From: Octopus sinensis
Lineage: Eukaryota
DNA: 64,000 bases
Direction of reading: 5' to 3'
Assembly: GCF_006345805.1 (NCBI RefSeq)
Contig: NC_043014.1
Coordinates: forward strand, 43,214,001 to 43,278,000
Shown: positions 24,686-36,280 of the stretch, piece after piece
How positions within the stretch are numbered: the first letter of the stretch is position 1
Layout of the letters: every line of letters begins with the position of its first letter
Made by a program: the position numbers and the translations under genes
Notes under the pieces: generated by a model
Seen by the model: only the letters and a program-made list of their open reading frames with translations
Databases searched by the model: none
Told to the model about the DNA's origin: nothing

Positions 24686-25584
24686 ATATATATATATATG
24701 TATATATATTCTTTATTCTCTTATTTGTTTCAGTTATTTGACTGCAGCCATGCAAATCGGCCCCGGGACTTATTCTTTGTAAGCCTAATACTTATTCTAT
24801 CAGTCTGTTTTTCCAAACCACTAAGTCACAGGTAAGTAAACACATAAAGACAGACGAAATACTACTAAGCATTTTGCCCAGCATGCTAATGTTTCTGCCA
24901 GCTCGCCACCCTAAAATCTATTTAGATATTGGTGTTGAACTGGTCTACCTCTATAACCATTTTGTGTAAGATATCGAAAAGAATACGTCTGCATTTTAAT
25001 GATCATACTATAGACAAGTTAACAGTTTGCCAAAATTAGCAGTTTTAATAAATATGACAATTTGAGTAGACCAATGGAAATCTGCAACGGTGAAAAAAAA
25101 AACCAGTTTAAATAAAGAGCAAAAAATAGATTATGTTAACATGACATGAAGAAAAGAGATTACTAACTTTTCAAGAAGCAGAGATGTTGAGTTAATTTGA
25201 GAGCATTGTTGAAATAATTAAAACCACTAATTTTAGTCAGCTGTGAATTGATACTTTTATAAGCCAGAATTGTAATTGATTTATCCAGCTTTAAGTCTAC
25301 CAAATGAGCAGGCGAAAGAGATTAAATGTCAGCTTGACTTAAAAGAAATTTGATATGGAAGTAGATTGTTAATTGTTATGATAATGAGAATATGGTTTGA
25401 GTGTGAGTTAAGAAAGCAACTGTTACATTATGCGTCGTTGAGGAGGTCTAACAACATTGAAACATGTTTGGAGTTGTCACCCCTGCAGCTAAATATCAGA
25501 CGCACTCTCTTTTTTTCTGTGTAACATCAGTTCAAGTATAGAAAGAGTCAAAACAAATATCACAAATCTTTTGTTAGCATATTT

Positions 25585-25940
25585 CTGTTACTCTTTTACT
25601 CTTTTACTTGTTTCAGTCATTTAATTGTGGCCATGCTGGAGTACCACCTTTAGTCGAGCAAATTGATCCCAGGACTTATTCTTTGCAAGCCTAGTACTTA
25701 TTCTGTTGGTCTCTTTTGCCGAACTGCTAAGTTACAGGGATGTAAACACACCAGCATTGTCAAGCGATGTTGGGACACACAAACACGCACACACACACAC
25801 GCGCGCGCGCACGCAAAACACATATACACACACATTCACACATATATATATACATATATACGACGGGCTTCTTTCAGTTTCCGTCTACCAAATCCACTCA
25901 CAAGGCTTTGGTCGGCCCGAGGCTATAGTAGAAGACACTT
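25585..25940 (-). mobile_element. SINE family A, 5'-truncated
   Basis: CTCTTTTACTTGTTTCAGTC..TCTTTCAGTTTCCGTCTACC. Confidence 0.85.
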
Positions 25941-26959
25941 AAACTAATAATAATAATAATAATAATAATAATCATCATTGTTCGACCGTGGTCGAGACAA
26001 TGGAATTTACCATGCTACGCCAGACTTCACATTCCATCATAGCATTACGGAGGTCCTGTTGCTGGATGCCTGTATCCCTGGAGATTACATCACGGTAGGA
26101 GAGTGTATGCACACTCTCCTACCCTATAATAATAATAATAATAATAATAATAATCTTCTCTACTATTGGAGCAAGGCCTGAAATTTAGTGGTGGGGGCCC
26201 CTCGGGGCATAGACAATTACTTTGACCCTGGTATTTGACTGGTGCTTTATTTTATCAATTCTGAAAAAGATCGAATGCAAAGCTGATCTTGGTAGGATTC
26301 GAACTCAGAACTTAAAGGAACCATAAGACATGCTGCTAAACACTTTGTCTGATGCCCTAATGATTCTACCAGTTCGCTGCCTTTGAGCTGGAACACATAA
26401 TGCAAAGCATGTTTGCCTGGTTCTTGGTTGATTCCACTGTCTTCATGCATTTAGTTTTATATTTCAGTATAGTTTGTTGTGACAAACAACGATTCTAATA
26501 CCACTGCATAAAACATGAGCCTGATACAGCATTTCTCACCCTCTAGTTCAACGCATATGTGGCCAAGGGCCCAATTAAGAAATTAACATATGCAAATATT
26601 GTCATGCATTCCGTATTTCTTTTTAATATTTATGAAGAATCTACGTTATGAATATTAATGAATATTAATTATATGAAGCGCTAATATTGGAGAAATAGTA
26701 ATAAATAAATAATATTAATATATAATTTTCAATATGTTACTTGCAATTCTCTAAGCCAGTTGTTTCCAGACTAATAAATACAAACCTTGATACCATTTAA
26801 AAAAAAATTCATCTAATTTATTTAAATGTTTCAGTCATTGAACAGTGGCCATGCTGGGTGGGGTTGACTGAATCAGTCTCAGTACTTGTTCTTTATTTTT
26901 AAGTTAGAGACTTATCCTATAGGTGTCTTTTACTGGAATTACTTATTTAAAGCGACATA

Positions 26960-27122
26960 GGCATAGGAGTGGCTGTGTGGTAAGTAGCTTGCTTACCAAC
27001 CACATGGTTCCGGGTTCAGTCCCACTGCGTGACACCTTGGGCAAGTGTCTTCTACTATAGCCTAGGGCCGACCTAAGCCTTGTGAGGGGATTTGGTAGGG
27101 GGAAACTGAAAGAAGCCCGTCT
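26960..27122 (+). mobile_element. SINE family A, 3'-truncated
   Basis: AGGCATAGGAGTGGCTGTGTGG..GAAAGAAGCCCGTC. Confidence 0.85.
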
Positions 27123-27124
27123 TT

Positions 27125-27895
27125 TGGTCAATGGCATCACATTAATTTGATGCCATTGATGCAAAAGATTTCACACAATCTATTGTGATTGACCATTGGT
27201 TGTTGACACGTGATGCAATGACTGACAGTTTGTCAGTCATGTGTCAGAGAATCTACAATTTTTTTTGCAGTAGAGGAAAAAATATCAGACACTTCCAGCA
27301 GTTCCAAAAACGGCATCTGCTTCCCTACAGCCCTGCTAAATGCAATCACACAAATTCACCGTATAACATCCACATGATGAAGAAATAGCAAGAGAATTTT
27401 TCAGTATTTGATATCCTTTGTACTCCCTTGTAAATAGTTGCTTGCTATATTAGTACCATTGTTGGATTCTTGACCACTGAAATCTTCCAAGGGAATGCTA
27501 TTTTTCTTCAAGGTTTCTTTAGATCAGGTTTGCAATCACAGAACCTGCATTCTCACAACAGTCTTCAAAGGATAGATATATCACTTTAATCTTTAACTCA
27601 CCAATTTATTCTTTAAAGGAACCGTATGATAAATGTTGCCTGTTTAACATGTGAAGAATCAGGTGTGGCATCAACTGTCGTTGAATAGTATTTTGTCTTT
27701 GATCTTCCAGAGAGTAAGTCTTTGAAAACGAGATCAGAGCAAGCAGAAATAAATTCATTTTGTGATTCAACTGACAAATAATATACTGGCAACTTTCGCT
27801 TTTCTCTCATCTTTCTTTGACCTCCTTCATACAAGATTCAAAGTAAGGGATCTCTCTCTATAAGACAACTAGCCCAAGGAAATTACCATTATGAA
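27125..27895 (-). pseudogene. hAT (ZMYM1/Ac-Tip100-like) transposase relic
   Basis: HNGNFLGL..YLSVESQNEFISACSDLV..KYYSTTVDATPDSSHVKQATFIIRF..IPLEDFSGQESNNGTN..SCGCYTVNLC..WSITIDCVKSFA. Confidence 0.9.
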
Positions 27896-28054
27896 CAACA
27901 CCAAAGTGGTACTGTATGATTGTGAAGCAACTTCTTAAGCATGCAGCCATACTAACATCAATTCAATTTCAAAATATTCTGAAGTATTTCTTATAGGCTT
28001 CCATATAATTAAAAGGCACCAGGAAACTGGCCTATCTGCTTCACCTGGTAATAA

Positions 28055-28164
<110 letters not shown>

Positions 28165-28699
28165 TGTATGTATATATATATATATACATATACATATACA
28201 TATATATATATATACATATATATATACATAAACATATACATCTTCATCATCTTCATTTAGCGTCCGCTTTACGAAGATGATGATGATGATGATGTATATA
28301 TTTATGTATATATATATATGTATGTATATATATAATTTAAATAATGAGGGTGATAAATTGAATATTAATTTAATTAACATCAATTTAAAACCAGTAGCCT
28401 AGAATATAGAAAAATCTGAAAATTCAGAAAAATTGTAATACATGCGTATAATAAGAGATGACCACTAAGTGGACATCCAATGTGCTAGAAGAAGATCATC
28501 TACGATCTAACCACAAAATAAAGAATGTTCTCTAGAGAAATTCAGCATCAATCACCGTCGATGTCCCATTCTTCTCTTCTCCTTTATGATGGTGAGGTGG
28601 AGTTCCTCCTCCATGTCTGGAAGTCCTTCCATTCCTCCCGCCACCTCAGGATCCATTGGTAGGCAACCATTGTTGCCCACCTTCTTTCTTTTTTCCTTT

Positions 28700-28886
28700 C
28701 TATTTTGAGGGGGTTGCCACACCCTCGACTTCCTGCCTCTCTCCTTTCAATGGGGGAGCAGGGGGCTCTTCATTTATTAACTGCTCCAGGACTTTTGCTT
28801 CATCCCAGCAACAGTTTTTCTTTATGTGGCCCAATTCCAGGCACAGGTGACACTTGGGGGTACGTCCCTCAAGGATCACCAGATAC
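28700..28886 (-). pseudogene. L1/Tx1-like ORF1 gag-knuckle fragment
   Basis: YLVILEGRTPKCHLCLELGHIKKNC contains CX2CX4HX4C. Confidence 0.7.
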
Positions 28887-29385
28887 CTGAAACTGGCGGG
28901 GAAGCAAGCTTCTTACCACATAGCCACACCTGTGCCTATAAATGTAAAGACAGCCTCAGCAGTATTTGAACTCTGTTTGTAAAGGGACATAACTAAGTTT
29001 AATAAAGACATTTTGTCCACTACTTGTCCAGTTCAGCCAATTTATTAAGTTATCAGTTTGTTGTTTATAAGTCAGACACAAAAGCTACTCTCAATTTTAA
29101 GTAATAAAGCCAGGATATATTTTTATATCATCAAACATTATGGCATACGACTAGTCAGAATGCTGCCATCAAAACCATTCTGAATATTGCCTATAGACAA
29201 TAGACATGCCAACACTGGTCACCTTCTGGACATGCTGGCCAGAAGGTTATGTGCTTCTGACTAACGTGGCTGAAGTGTCTTGTGGCAATATTCATGTGTG
29301 AAATTGACAGTAACGTCTTGACCAGTTGCTTGCCAGAACCATCCAATATATTGTTAACGCCAGCATGGAAAATGGGTGTTAAAAG

Positions 29386-29395
29386 ATGAGGATGA

Positions 29396-29429
<34 letters not shown>

Positions 29430-29725
29430 GCTGGTGGTGGTGGTGGTGGTGGTGGTGGCTACGACGACAACGACGATGATGACGATTATGATGACGATGA
29501 TGATGACGATGATGAGGATGATGATGATGATGATGATGACGATGATGATGACGAGGATGATGACGAGGATGATGATGAGGATGATGATGACAATGATGAT
29601 GAGGATGATGACGATGATGATGAGGAGGATGTTGAGGATGATGACGATGATGAGGATGATGAGGATGAGGATGATGATGACGACGATGACGATGACAATG
29701 ATGATGATGATGATGTAGATGATGA
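29386..29725. repeat. (GAT/GGT/GAC/GAG)n compound trinucleotide tract
   Basis: Direct inspection. It extends from a family-C-like GAT tail. Confidence 0.95.
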
Positions 29726-30162
29726 TATATATAATCTTGGATCACCTTGGAAACGTTGTGTTAACATGTATTTTCGATGATATTAAATTTCAGTGATATT
29801 TTCTATATCTGAATCATGTTAATAGAATAGAAAGAGTTGTCGGCTTTGTAAGGTGAATTCAGCAATTAAAGATGTGATTTTTCTCTCTAGATGTATTTTT
29901 GATGTCAGATACTCCGAATCTCTCGAAATTCTTCTAAACAATATTTGGATCTACTTCTCATACCTGGGAGATTACAGTGGATGTGTATCTTACTTACATT
30001 TACTGATGTCTGATTGTTGAATAAAATTAACCAAATTCTGTAAAAACTGAGTGCTTTATTGATACCTGCCTGTATATAAGTGTGGTCAGTCAATATGTGA
30101 CCTCGTGTGTATTGGCGATTTTTTTCCTCCATTTCCCTTCTCTGGACCTTTCCTTTTTCTAT

Positions 30163-30197
30163 GTTTCTGACGAAGAGCTCCGCTCAAAACATTAAAT
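30163..30197 (+). ncRNA. Minimal type-I hammerhead relic at a Penelope-type end
   Basis: GTTT-CTGACGA-A-GAGC(tcc)GCTC-AAAA-CA-TT-AAAT. Intact CUGANGA and stem II, with GAAA changed to AAAA. Confidence 0.6.
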
Positions 30198-30429
30198 CCT
30201 CCTTCTTTCTTTTCTTTCCTGAGCGTCCAATACTTGTTCCACGTCCTCACATTGTTGTGTTTTCTCTTGGTTCATGTTTGGATTAACTATATATATATAT
30301 TATACATATGTATATATATATATATATTACTATCTCCCTATATCATAGATACAATATTGCAAGCTACTTAAGGTGATGAGCTAGCAGAATCATTACCACG
30401 CGGGGCGAAATGCTTAGTGGTATATATAT

Positions 30430-30478
<49 letters not shown>

Positions 30479-30506
30479 CATTATATAATTAGGGTTCAGT
30501 AAAAAA

Positions 30507-33034
30507 AATTTACTTTACCACACACCGAACTTTTAGAAATAGCAGCCAAAGAATTTAGCTATTTCCTCTACTATAAGAAAAGTCTCCCATATATATATAT
30601 ATATATATATCTACCTGGGACGTAGTCGATCCACCTGTGCATACCTTCCTTCTTGTGACACTTGTGAAGACCTGCTGAGGCAAGTGAAAATCAATCAAAA
30701 TAGATGAACATCAATGGAATTTGTATCTTTGTGGTACCAGTGCCTGTGGCACACAAGAAAACCATCCGAACGTGGCCGTAGCCAGTACCGCATCGACTGG
30801 CCTCCGTGCTGTGGGAACATGGTGGCACATAAAAACACCATCCGAAGACCCGGCAAGACTAGTCAGGTCATAACCCGTGGGCCCTACCTGGGACGTAGTC
30901 AGTCCACCTGTACATACCTTCCTTCTTGTGACACTTGTGAAGACCTGTTGAGGCAAGTGAAAATCAAAACAAATCAAAATAGATGAACATCAATGGAATT
31001 TGTATCTTTGTGGTACCAGTGCCGGTGGCACACAAGAATCCATCCGAACGTGGCCGTAGTCAGTACCGCTTGTGGTACCAGTGCTGGTGGCACACAAGAA
31101 TCCATCCAAACGTGGCCGTAGTCAGTACCGCATCACTGGCCATCGTGCTGTGGGCACATAACAAACACCATCCGGTCGTGGCCGTTCGCCAGCCTCATCT
31201 AGCACCTGTGTCGGTGGCACATAAAAACACCATCCGAAGACCCGGCAAGACTAGTCAGGCCATAACCCATGGCCCCTACCTGGGACGTAGTCAGTCCACC
31301 TGTGCATACCTTCCTCCTTGTGATACTTGTGAAGGCCTGTTGAGGCAAGTGAAAATCAAAATCAAATCAAAACAAATCAAAATAGATGAACATCAATGGA
31401 ATTTGTATCTTGTGGTACCAGTGCCGGTGGCACACAAGAGAAAACCATCCAAAAGTGGCCGTAGCCAGTACCACATCGACTGGCCTCCGTGCTGTGGGCA
31501 CATGACAAACACCATCCGATCGTGGCCGTTCGCCAGCCTCATCTAGCACCTGTGTTGGTGGCACATAAAAAACCATCCGAAGACCCGGCAAGACTAGTCA
31601 GGCCATAACCCATGGCCCCTACCTGGGACGTAGTCAGTCCACCTGTGCATACCTTCCTTCTTGTGACACTTGTGAAGACCTGTTGAGGCAAGTGAAAATC
31701 AAAATCAAAACAAATGAAAATAGATGAACATCAATGGAATCTGTATCTTTGTGGTACCAGTGCCGGTGGCACACACTTTGTGGTACCAGTGCCGGTGGCA
31801 CACAAGAGAACCATCCGAACATGGCCGTAGCCAGTTCCGCATCGACCGGCCTCCGTGCTGTGGGCACGTAACAAACACCATCCGATCATGGCCGTTCGCC
31901 AGCCTCATCTGGCACCTGTGTCGGTGGCACATAAAAACACCTTCCAAAGACCTGGCAAGACTAGTCAGGCCATATCCCATGGCCCCTACCTGGGACATAG
32001 TCAGTCCACCTGTGCATACCTTCCTCCTTGTGATACTTGTGAAGGCCTGTTGAGGCAAGTGAAAATCAAAATCAAAATGAAATCAAAACAAATCAAATCA
32101 AATCAAATCAAAACAAATCAAAATAGATGAACATTAATGGAATTGTATCTTTGTGGTACCAGTGCCGGTGGCACACAAGAAAACCATCCAAACGTGGCCG
32201 TAGCCAGTACCGCACCGACTGGCCTCCGTGCTGTGGGCACGTAACAAACACCATCCGATCGTGGCCGTTCGCCATCCTCATCTGGCACCTGTGTCGGTGG
32301 CACATAAAAAACACCATCCGAAGACCCGGCAAGACTAGTCAGGCCATAACCTGTGGCCCCTACCTGGGACGTAGTCAGTCCACCTGTGCATACCTTCCTT
32401 CTTGTGACACTTGTGAAGACCTGTTGAGGCAAGTGAAAATCAAAACAAATCAAAATAGATGAACATCAATGGAATTTGTATCTTTGTGGTACCAGTGCCG
32501 GTGGCACGTGGCACACAAGAAAACCATCCGAACGTGGCCGTAGCCAGTACCGCATCGACTGGCCTCCGTGCTGTGGGCACGTAACAAACACCATCCGATC
32601 GTGGCCGTTTGCCAGCCTCATCTGGCACCTGTGTCGGTGGCACATAAAAAACACCATCCGAGCGTGGCCGTCTGCCAGCCTCGTCTGGCACCTGTGTCGG
32701 TGGCACATAAAAAACACCATCCGAGCATGGCCGTTTGCCAGCCTCGTCTGGCACCTGTGTCGGTGGCACATAAAATCACCCACTACACTCTCGGAGTGGT
32801 TGGCGTTAGGAAGGGCATCCAGCTGTAGAAACACTGCCAGATCTGACTGGACCGGTGCAGCTTTCGGGCTCCCCAGACCCCAGTTGAACCGTCCAACCCA
32901 TGCTAGCATGGAAAGCGGACGTTAAATGATGATGATGATGATGATGATATATGGGAGACTTTTCTTATAGTAGAGGAAATAGCTAAATTCTTTGGCTGCT
33001 ATTTCTAAAAGTTTGGTGTGTGGTAAAGTAAATT
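30507..33034. repeat. 86-bp inverted repeat (30507-30592 / 32949-33034) enclosing a 2.35-kb insert
   Basis: The arms are reverse complements with one mismatch. Confidence 0.95.
30612..32947 (+). repeat. Six-unit tandem array (~270-390 bp) of a chimeric retroelement 3' end plus family C body
   Basis: CTACCTGGGAC.. recurs near 30612, 30884, 31276, 31619, 31986 and 32360. Each unit has an (AAATC)n tract, and the last ends in the family C terminus with a (GAT)n tail. Confidence 0.95.
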
Positions 33035-33604
33035 CTGTGTATCTTTCTGTTGAAGAGCGTATGTATATATATGTATATATGTATATATATGTAAAAATTA
33101 TTTTATAACATTATATAAACTAGATGATATTGCTTAAAAAATTTTTTGGAGAAATTACTTGATTTTTCTTCTCTCAAATAGCTCTACCCTCATGATCTTA
33201 GTATGTATAAGGGAGCTTTATATAAATAGCATTTTGTAAGTATCAATTAGAAAATATAAATTATCAAGTAAGGCTTAATAATAGCAATTTCTTAAACCTA
33301 TGATAAAACCCATAATTTTATAAAAAGATTTGTCGATAATAAAATTTTTGTCTAATAGCTTAATTATTTCTTTACCTGATATTAAACATTAGTCATTTAT
33401 AGATAATCTCATGACAAGTAAATATAATTTTTAGTCTAAAATTTAGAATTATAAATTTTTCTAACAAATTCCCTCTGAATCTCTCAAAATTTTTCTAAAC
33501 AATATTTGGATCTACATGTCATACATGGGAAATTACCTTGGATGTGTATTTTACTTACCTTATATACCTTATTGTATTTGGAATATACCTTATAGGTTTT
33601 GGAA

Positions 33605-33885
33605 TCTGCCAGCCTCGTCTGGCACCTGTGTCGGTGGCACATAAAAAACACCATCCGAGTGTGGCAGTTCACCAGCCTCATCTGGCACCTGTGTCGGTGG
33701 CACATAAAATCACCCACTACACTCTCGGAGTGGTTGGCGTTAGGAAGGGCATCCAGCTGTAGAAACACTGCCAGATCTGACTGGCCTGGTGCAGCCTTCG
33801 GGCTCCCCAGACCCCAGTTGAACCATCCAACCCATGCTAGCATGGAAAGCGGACGTTAAACGATGATGATGATGGTGATGATGAA
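33605..33885 (+). mobile_element. SINE-like family C
   Basis: Near-identical to 32665-32947. Confidence 0.85.
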
Positions 33886-34239
33886 ATCCTTTTACCCCTT
33901 GTCTATAATATTCTACAAAGAATTATATTTTTATTATATTTTCATATTTTATTTCTTTATTTTACTTTAAAACCAATCTCTTATCTATTTATTTACTATA
34001 TCATTTTATTTAAAATATATCTCTATAAATTTCATACTCAGCTTAGATAAAACTATACTGGTATGTTCACTGTTTATAATCTAAGAAATATACTCAAACT
34101 AAAATTGTTAATGTGAAATAAAGTGTCTTTCTCAAGAACACAACACACAGCCCGGTCCAGGAATCGAACTCACTACCTTATGATTGTGAACCTGTTGGTC
34201 TACATGCCTTCAGCATGCAGTGGAAATAAACCTAAAGCC

Positions 34240-34500
34240 CACACACACACACACAAACACACATGACACACACATGACACACACAAACACACACAGACAT
34301 ACACGTATACACACACACGACACACACAAACACACACACACATACACACACACACACATTACACACACAAACACACACACACATACACACACACACAAGC
34401 ACACACAAACACACACACACACATATATGACACACACACACAAACACACACACATACGCATATGACACACATGTACACACATGCACACACACACACACAC
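34240..34500. repeat. (CA)n compound microsatellite
   Basis: Direct inspection. Confidence 0.95.
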
Positions 34501-34941
34501 ATAATTATTTATCTGTCTGTCTGTTTGTCTATCTATTGTCCTATCTTACCTCCTGTCCTCCTCGCATGCTATTACTCTCTAACCCTTTCTCCATTTCCTG
34601 CAGCCTTGCTTCTTTGGCAAACTCAAAAACGGATCTGCTGGGAAAGAAGTTCCTCATTCCTTTGCATGACCATTTCCATTCGGATTTCAATTTGCAGCCA
34701 TATTCAATTACTTTCACTTCTCAATCACCTTTTATAAAAAGATCCTAATCCTTATCACATCTTAAAATAGTAATTTCAACTTTGGCTGTGATGCTACAGC
34801 CAAGACACTGCACCGTTTTTGTCTTTGATTCTCTTTCTTAGTCTAACTATTACTATCTCCCTATATTATAGATGCAATATTGCAAGCTACTTAAGGCGAT
34901 GAGCTGGCAGAATCGTTAGCACGCGGGGAGAAATGCTTAGT

Positions 34942-34977
<36 letters not shown>

Positions 34978-35068
34978 GGCGAATACTCGTTATAAATATC
35001 ACCACCAGTGGCCTAGTATGTATAAAAAGTCAATAGACAACATATTCGTATTTCAAAATAAAAAATTA

Positions 35069-35296
35069 CCCTTTAACAGGTAATTTTACATGCTAGAAAT
35101 AGCAGCCAACATGGCCAAAAACCACAATTATTTGCTAAAGAAATCTGAAACCATGGTATAACCGTTACCATGGTATAACCGTTATATAACGAGGTAAAGG
35201 TTTTTATTTTTCATTTACTTCGAAATTTGCTATAAAATTGTGGTTTTTGGCCATGTTGGCTGTTATTTCTAGCATGTAAAATTACCTGTTAAAGGG
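35069..35296. mobile_element. MITE-like foldback, ~61-bp TIRs, TA flanks
   Basis: TA|CCCTTTAACAGGTAATTTTACATGCTAGAAATAGCAGCCAAC.. mirrored at 35236-35298 with one mismatch. Confidence 0.85.
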
Positions 35297-35451
35297 TATA
35301 TATAAATTTTAAATTTTAAATTTGAGTTACAAAGCAGGCAATATAAACTAGTCGTGTTGCATACGTACATATATGTATGTATACGTTCGTATATGTAAGT
35401 ATTCGTATGTTATATGTATATATATATGTATTTATGTTACTTTCTGCATAT

Positions 35452-35510
35452 ATTCCACTGATGAGGCAAAGCATTTCTAAATGCAAAGCCAGAAATCCGG
35501 AATCTGGAAT
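35452..35510 (+). ncRNA. Type-I hammerhead-like motif
   Basis: ATTCCA-CTGATGA-GGC(aaa GCATTT ct AAATGC aaa)GCC-A-GAAA-TCCGGA-A-TC-TGGAAT. Perfect 6-bp stem I, intact core and a palindromic stem III. Confidence 0.6.
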
Positions 35511-36139
35511 TATCCAGTAAATTTTTGCTAGTTTTATTTTGTCTTTTTGTCTTCTCTCCTTGTGCCGTATGAACATTTAATGTGGTTTTAGAGTCAGATT
35601 CTAGCTGCTATTTTCACCATCTTGTAGATACCCTAAATTATAATTTTAATAATTATATACATATATATATATGTGTGTGTGTGTGTATGTATGTATATGT
35701 TTGTGCATCTGTGTTTGTCACCCCCACACCATCGCTTGTCAGTCGATGTTGGTGTAACTTAGCAGTTCAGCAAAAGAGATCAATAGAATAAGGAACCAGG
35801 CTTATAGTGGCACCTTGGACAAGTGCTTGTTTTCCCTACTGGCATGAGCTGGACAATTTGATGGGAGCTGACCAGCTGGACAGCTGAAGAGCCACCTGGG
35901 CTCCATATCTGTTTTGACATGGTTTCTATGGCTGGATGGATAGATGGATGTCCTTTCTAACTCCAACCACTTTACAAAGTGTACTGGGTGTTCTTATGCT
36001 GCACCGGCATGGACCCTTTTACACAGCACCAGTACGAATGCTTTTTATATGGCCCCAACATCCATGGGCCCACACGATTAGGAACACTGAGCTGGAGAGG
36101 GATGCAGGAGACAAAGCTGTATGTAAGGACAACCATGCT

Positions 36140-36280
36140 TTTGCTTAATTCGAAGTGTCTTCTGAAGCACGGCAAACCACTAGGTGCCCTGCGTGAGGCC
36201 CAACATCCGAAGATCTTTTCTCACCCCTTCATCCCACTTCTTCCTCGGTCTACCACTTCCACATATTCCTTCCACACCTA
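36140..36280 (-). mobile_element. RTE LINE 3' end (continues at 37244-37320 beyond the SINE insertion)
   Basis: MKEDSCINKY*SLGVEGICGSGRPRKKWDEGVRKDLRMLGLT. Confidence 0.8.

Noticed and set aside
29376-29780. Poly-Asp acidic protein (also 39942-40541)
   Set aside because: Compound GAT/GAC tracts seeded by retroelement tails, open in several frames, with no flanking coding context.
30711-32925. Family of similar ~100-190-aa ORFs
   Set aside because: They arise from the tandem retro-array, occur on both strands and are frameshifted between units.
33182-33235. 54-nt plus-strand exon (AG..GTAAGT), with a same-length candidate at 29794-29847
   Set aside because: The peptide is unrecognisable, the second candidate has stops in all frames, and no neighbouring exons are supported.
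33060-34130. Mitochondrial insertion (very AT-rich)
   Set aside because: I could not recognise any mitochondrial rRNA, tRNA or CDS motif. A BLAST against the mitogenome would settle it.
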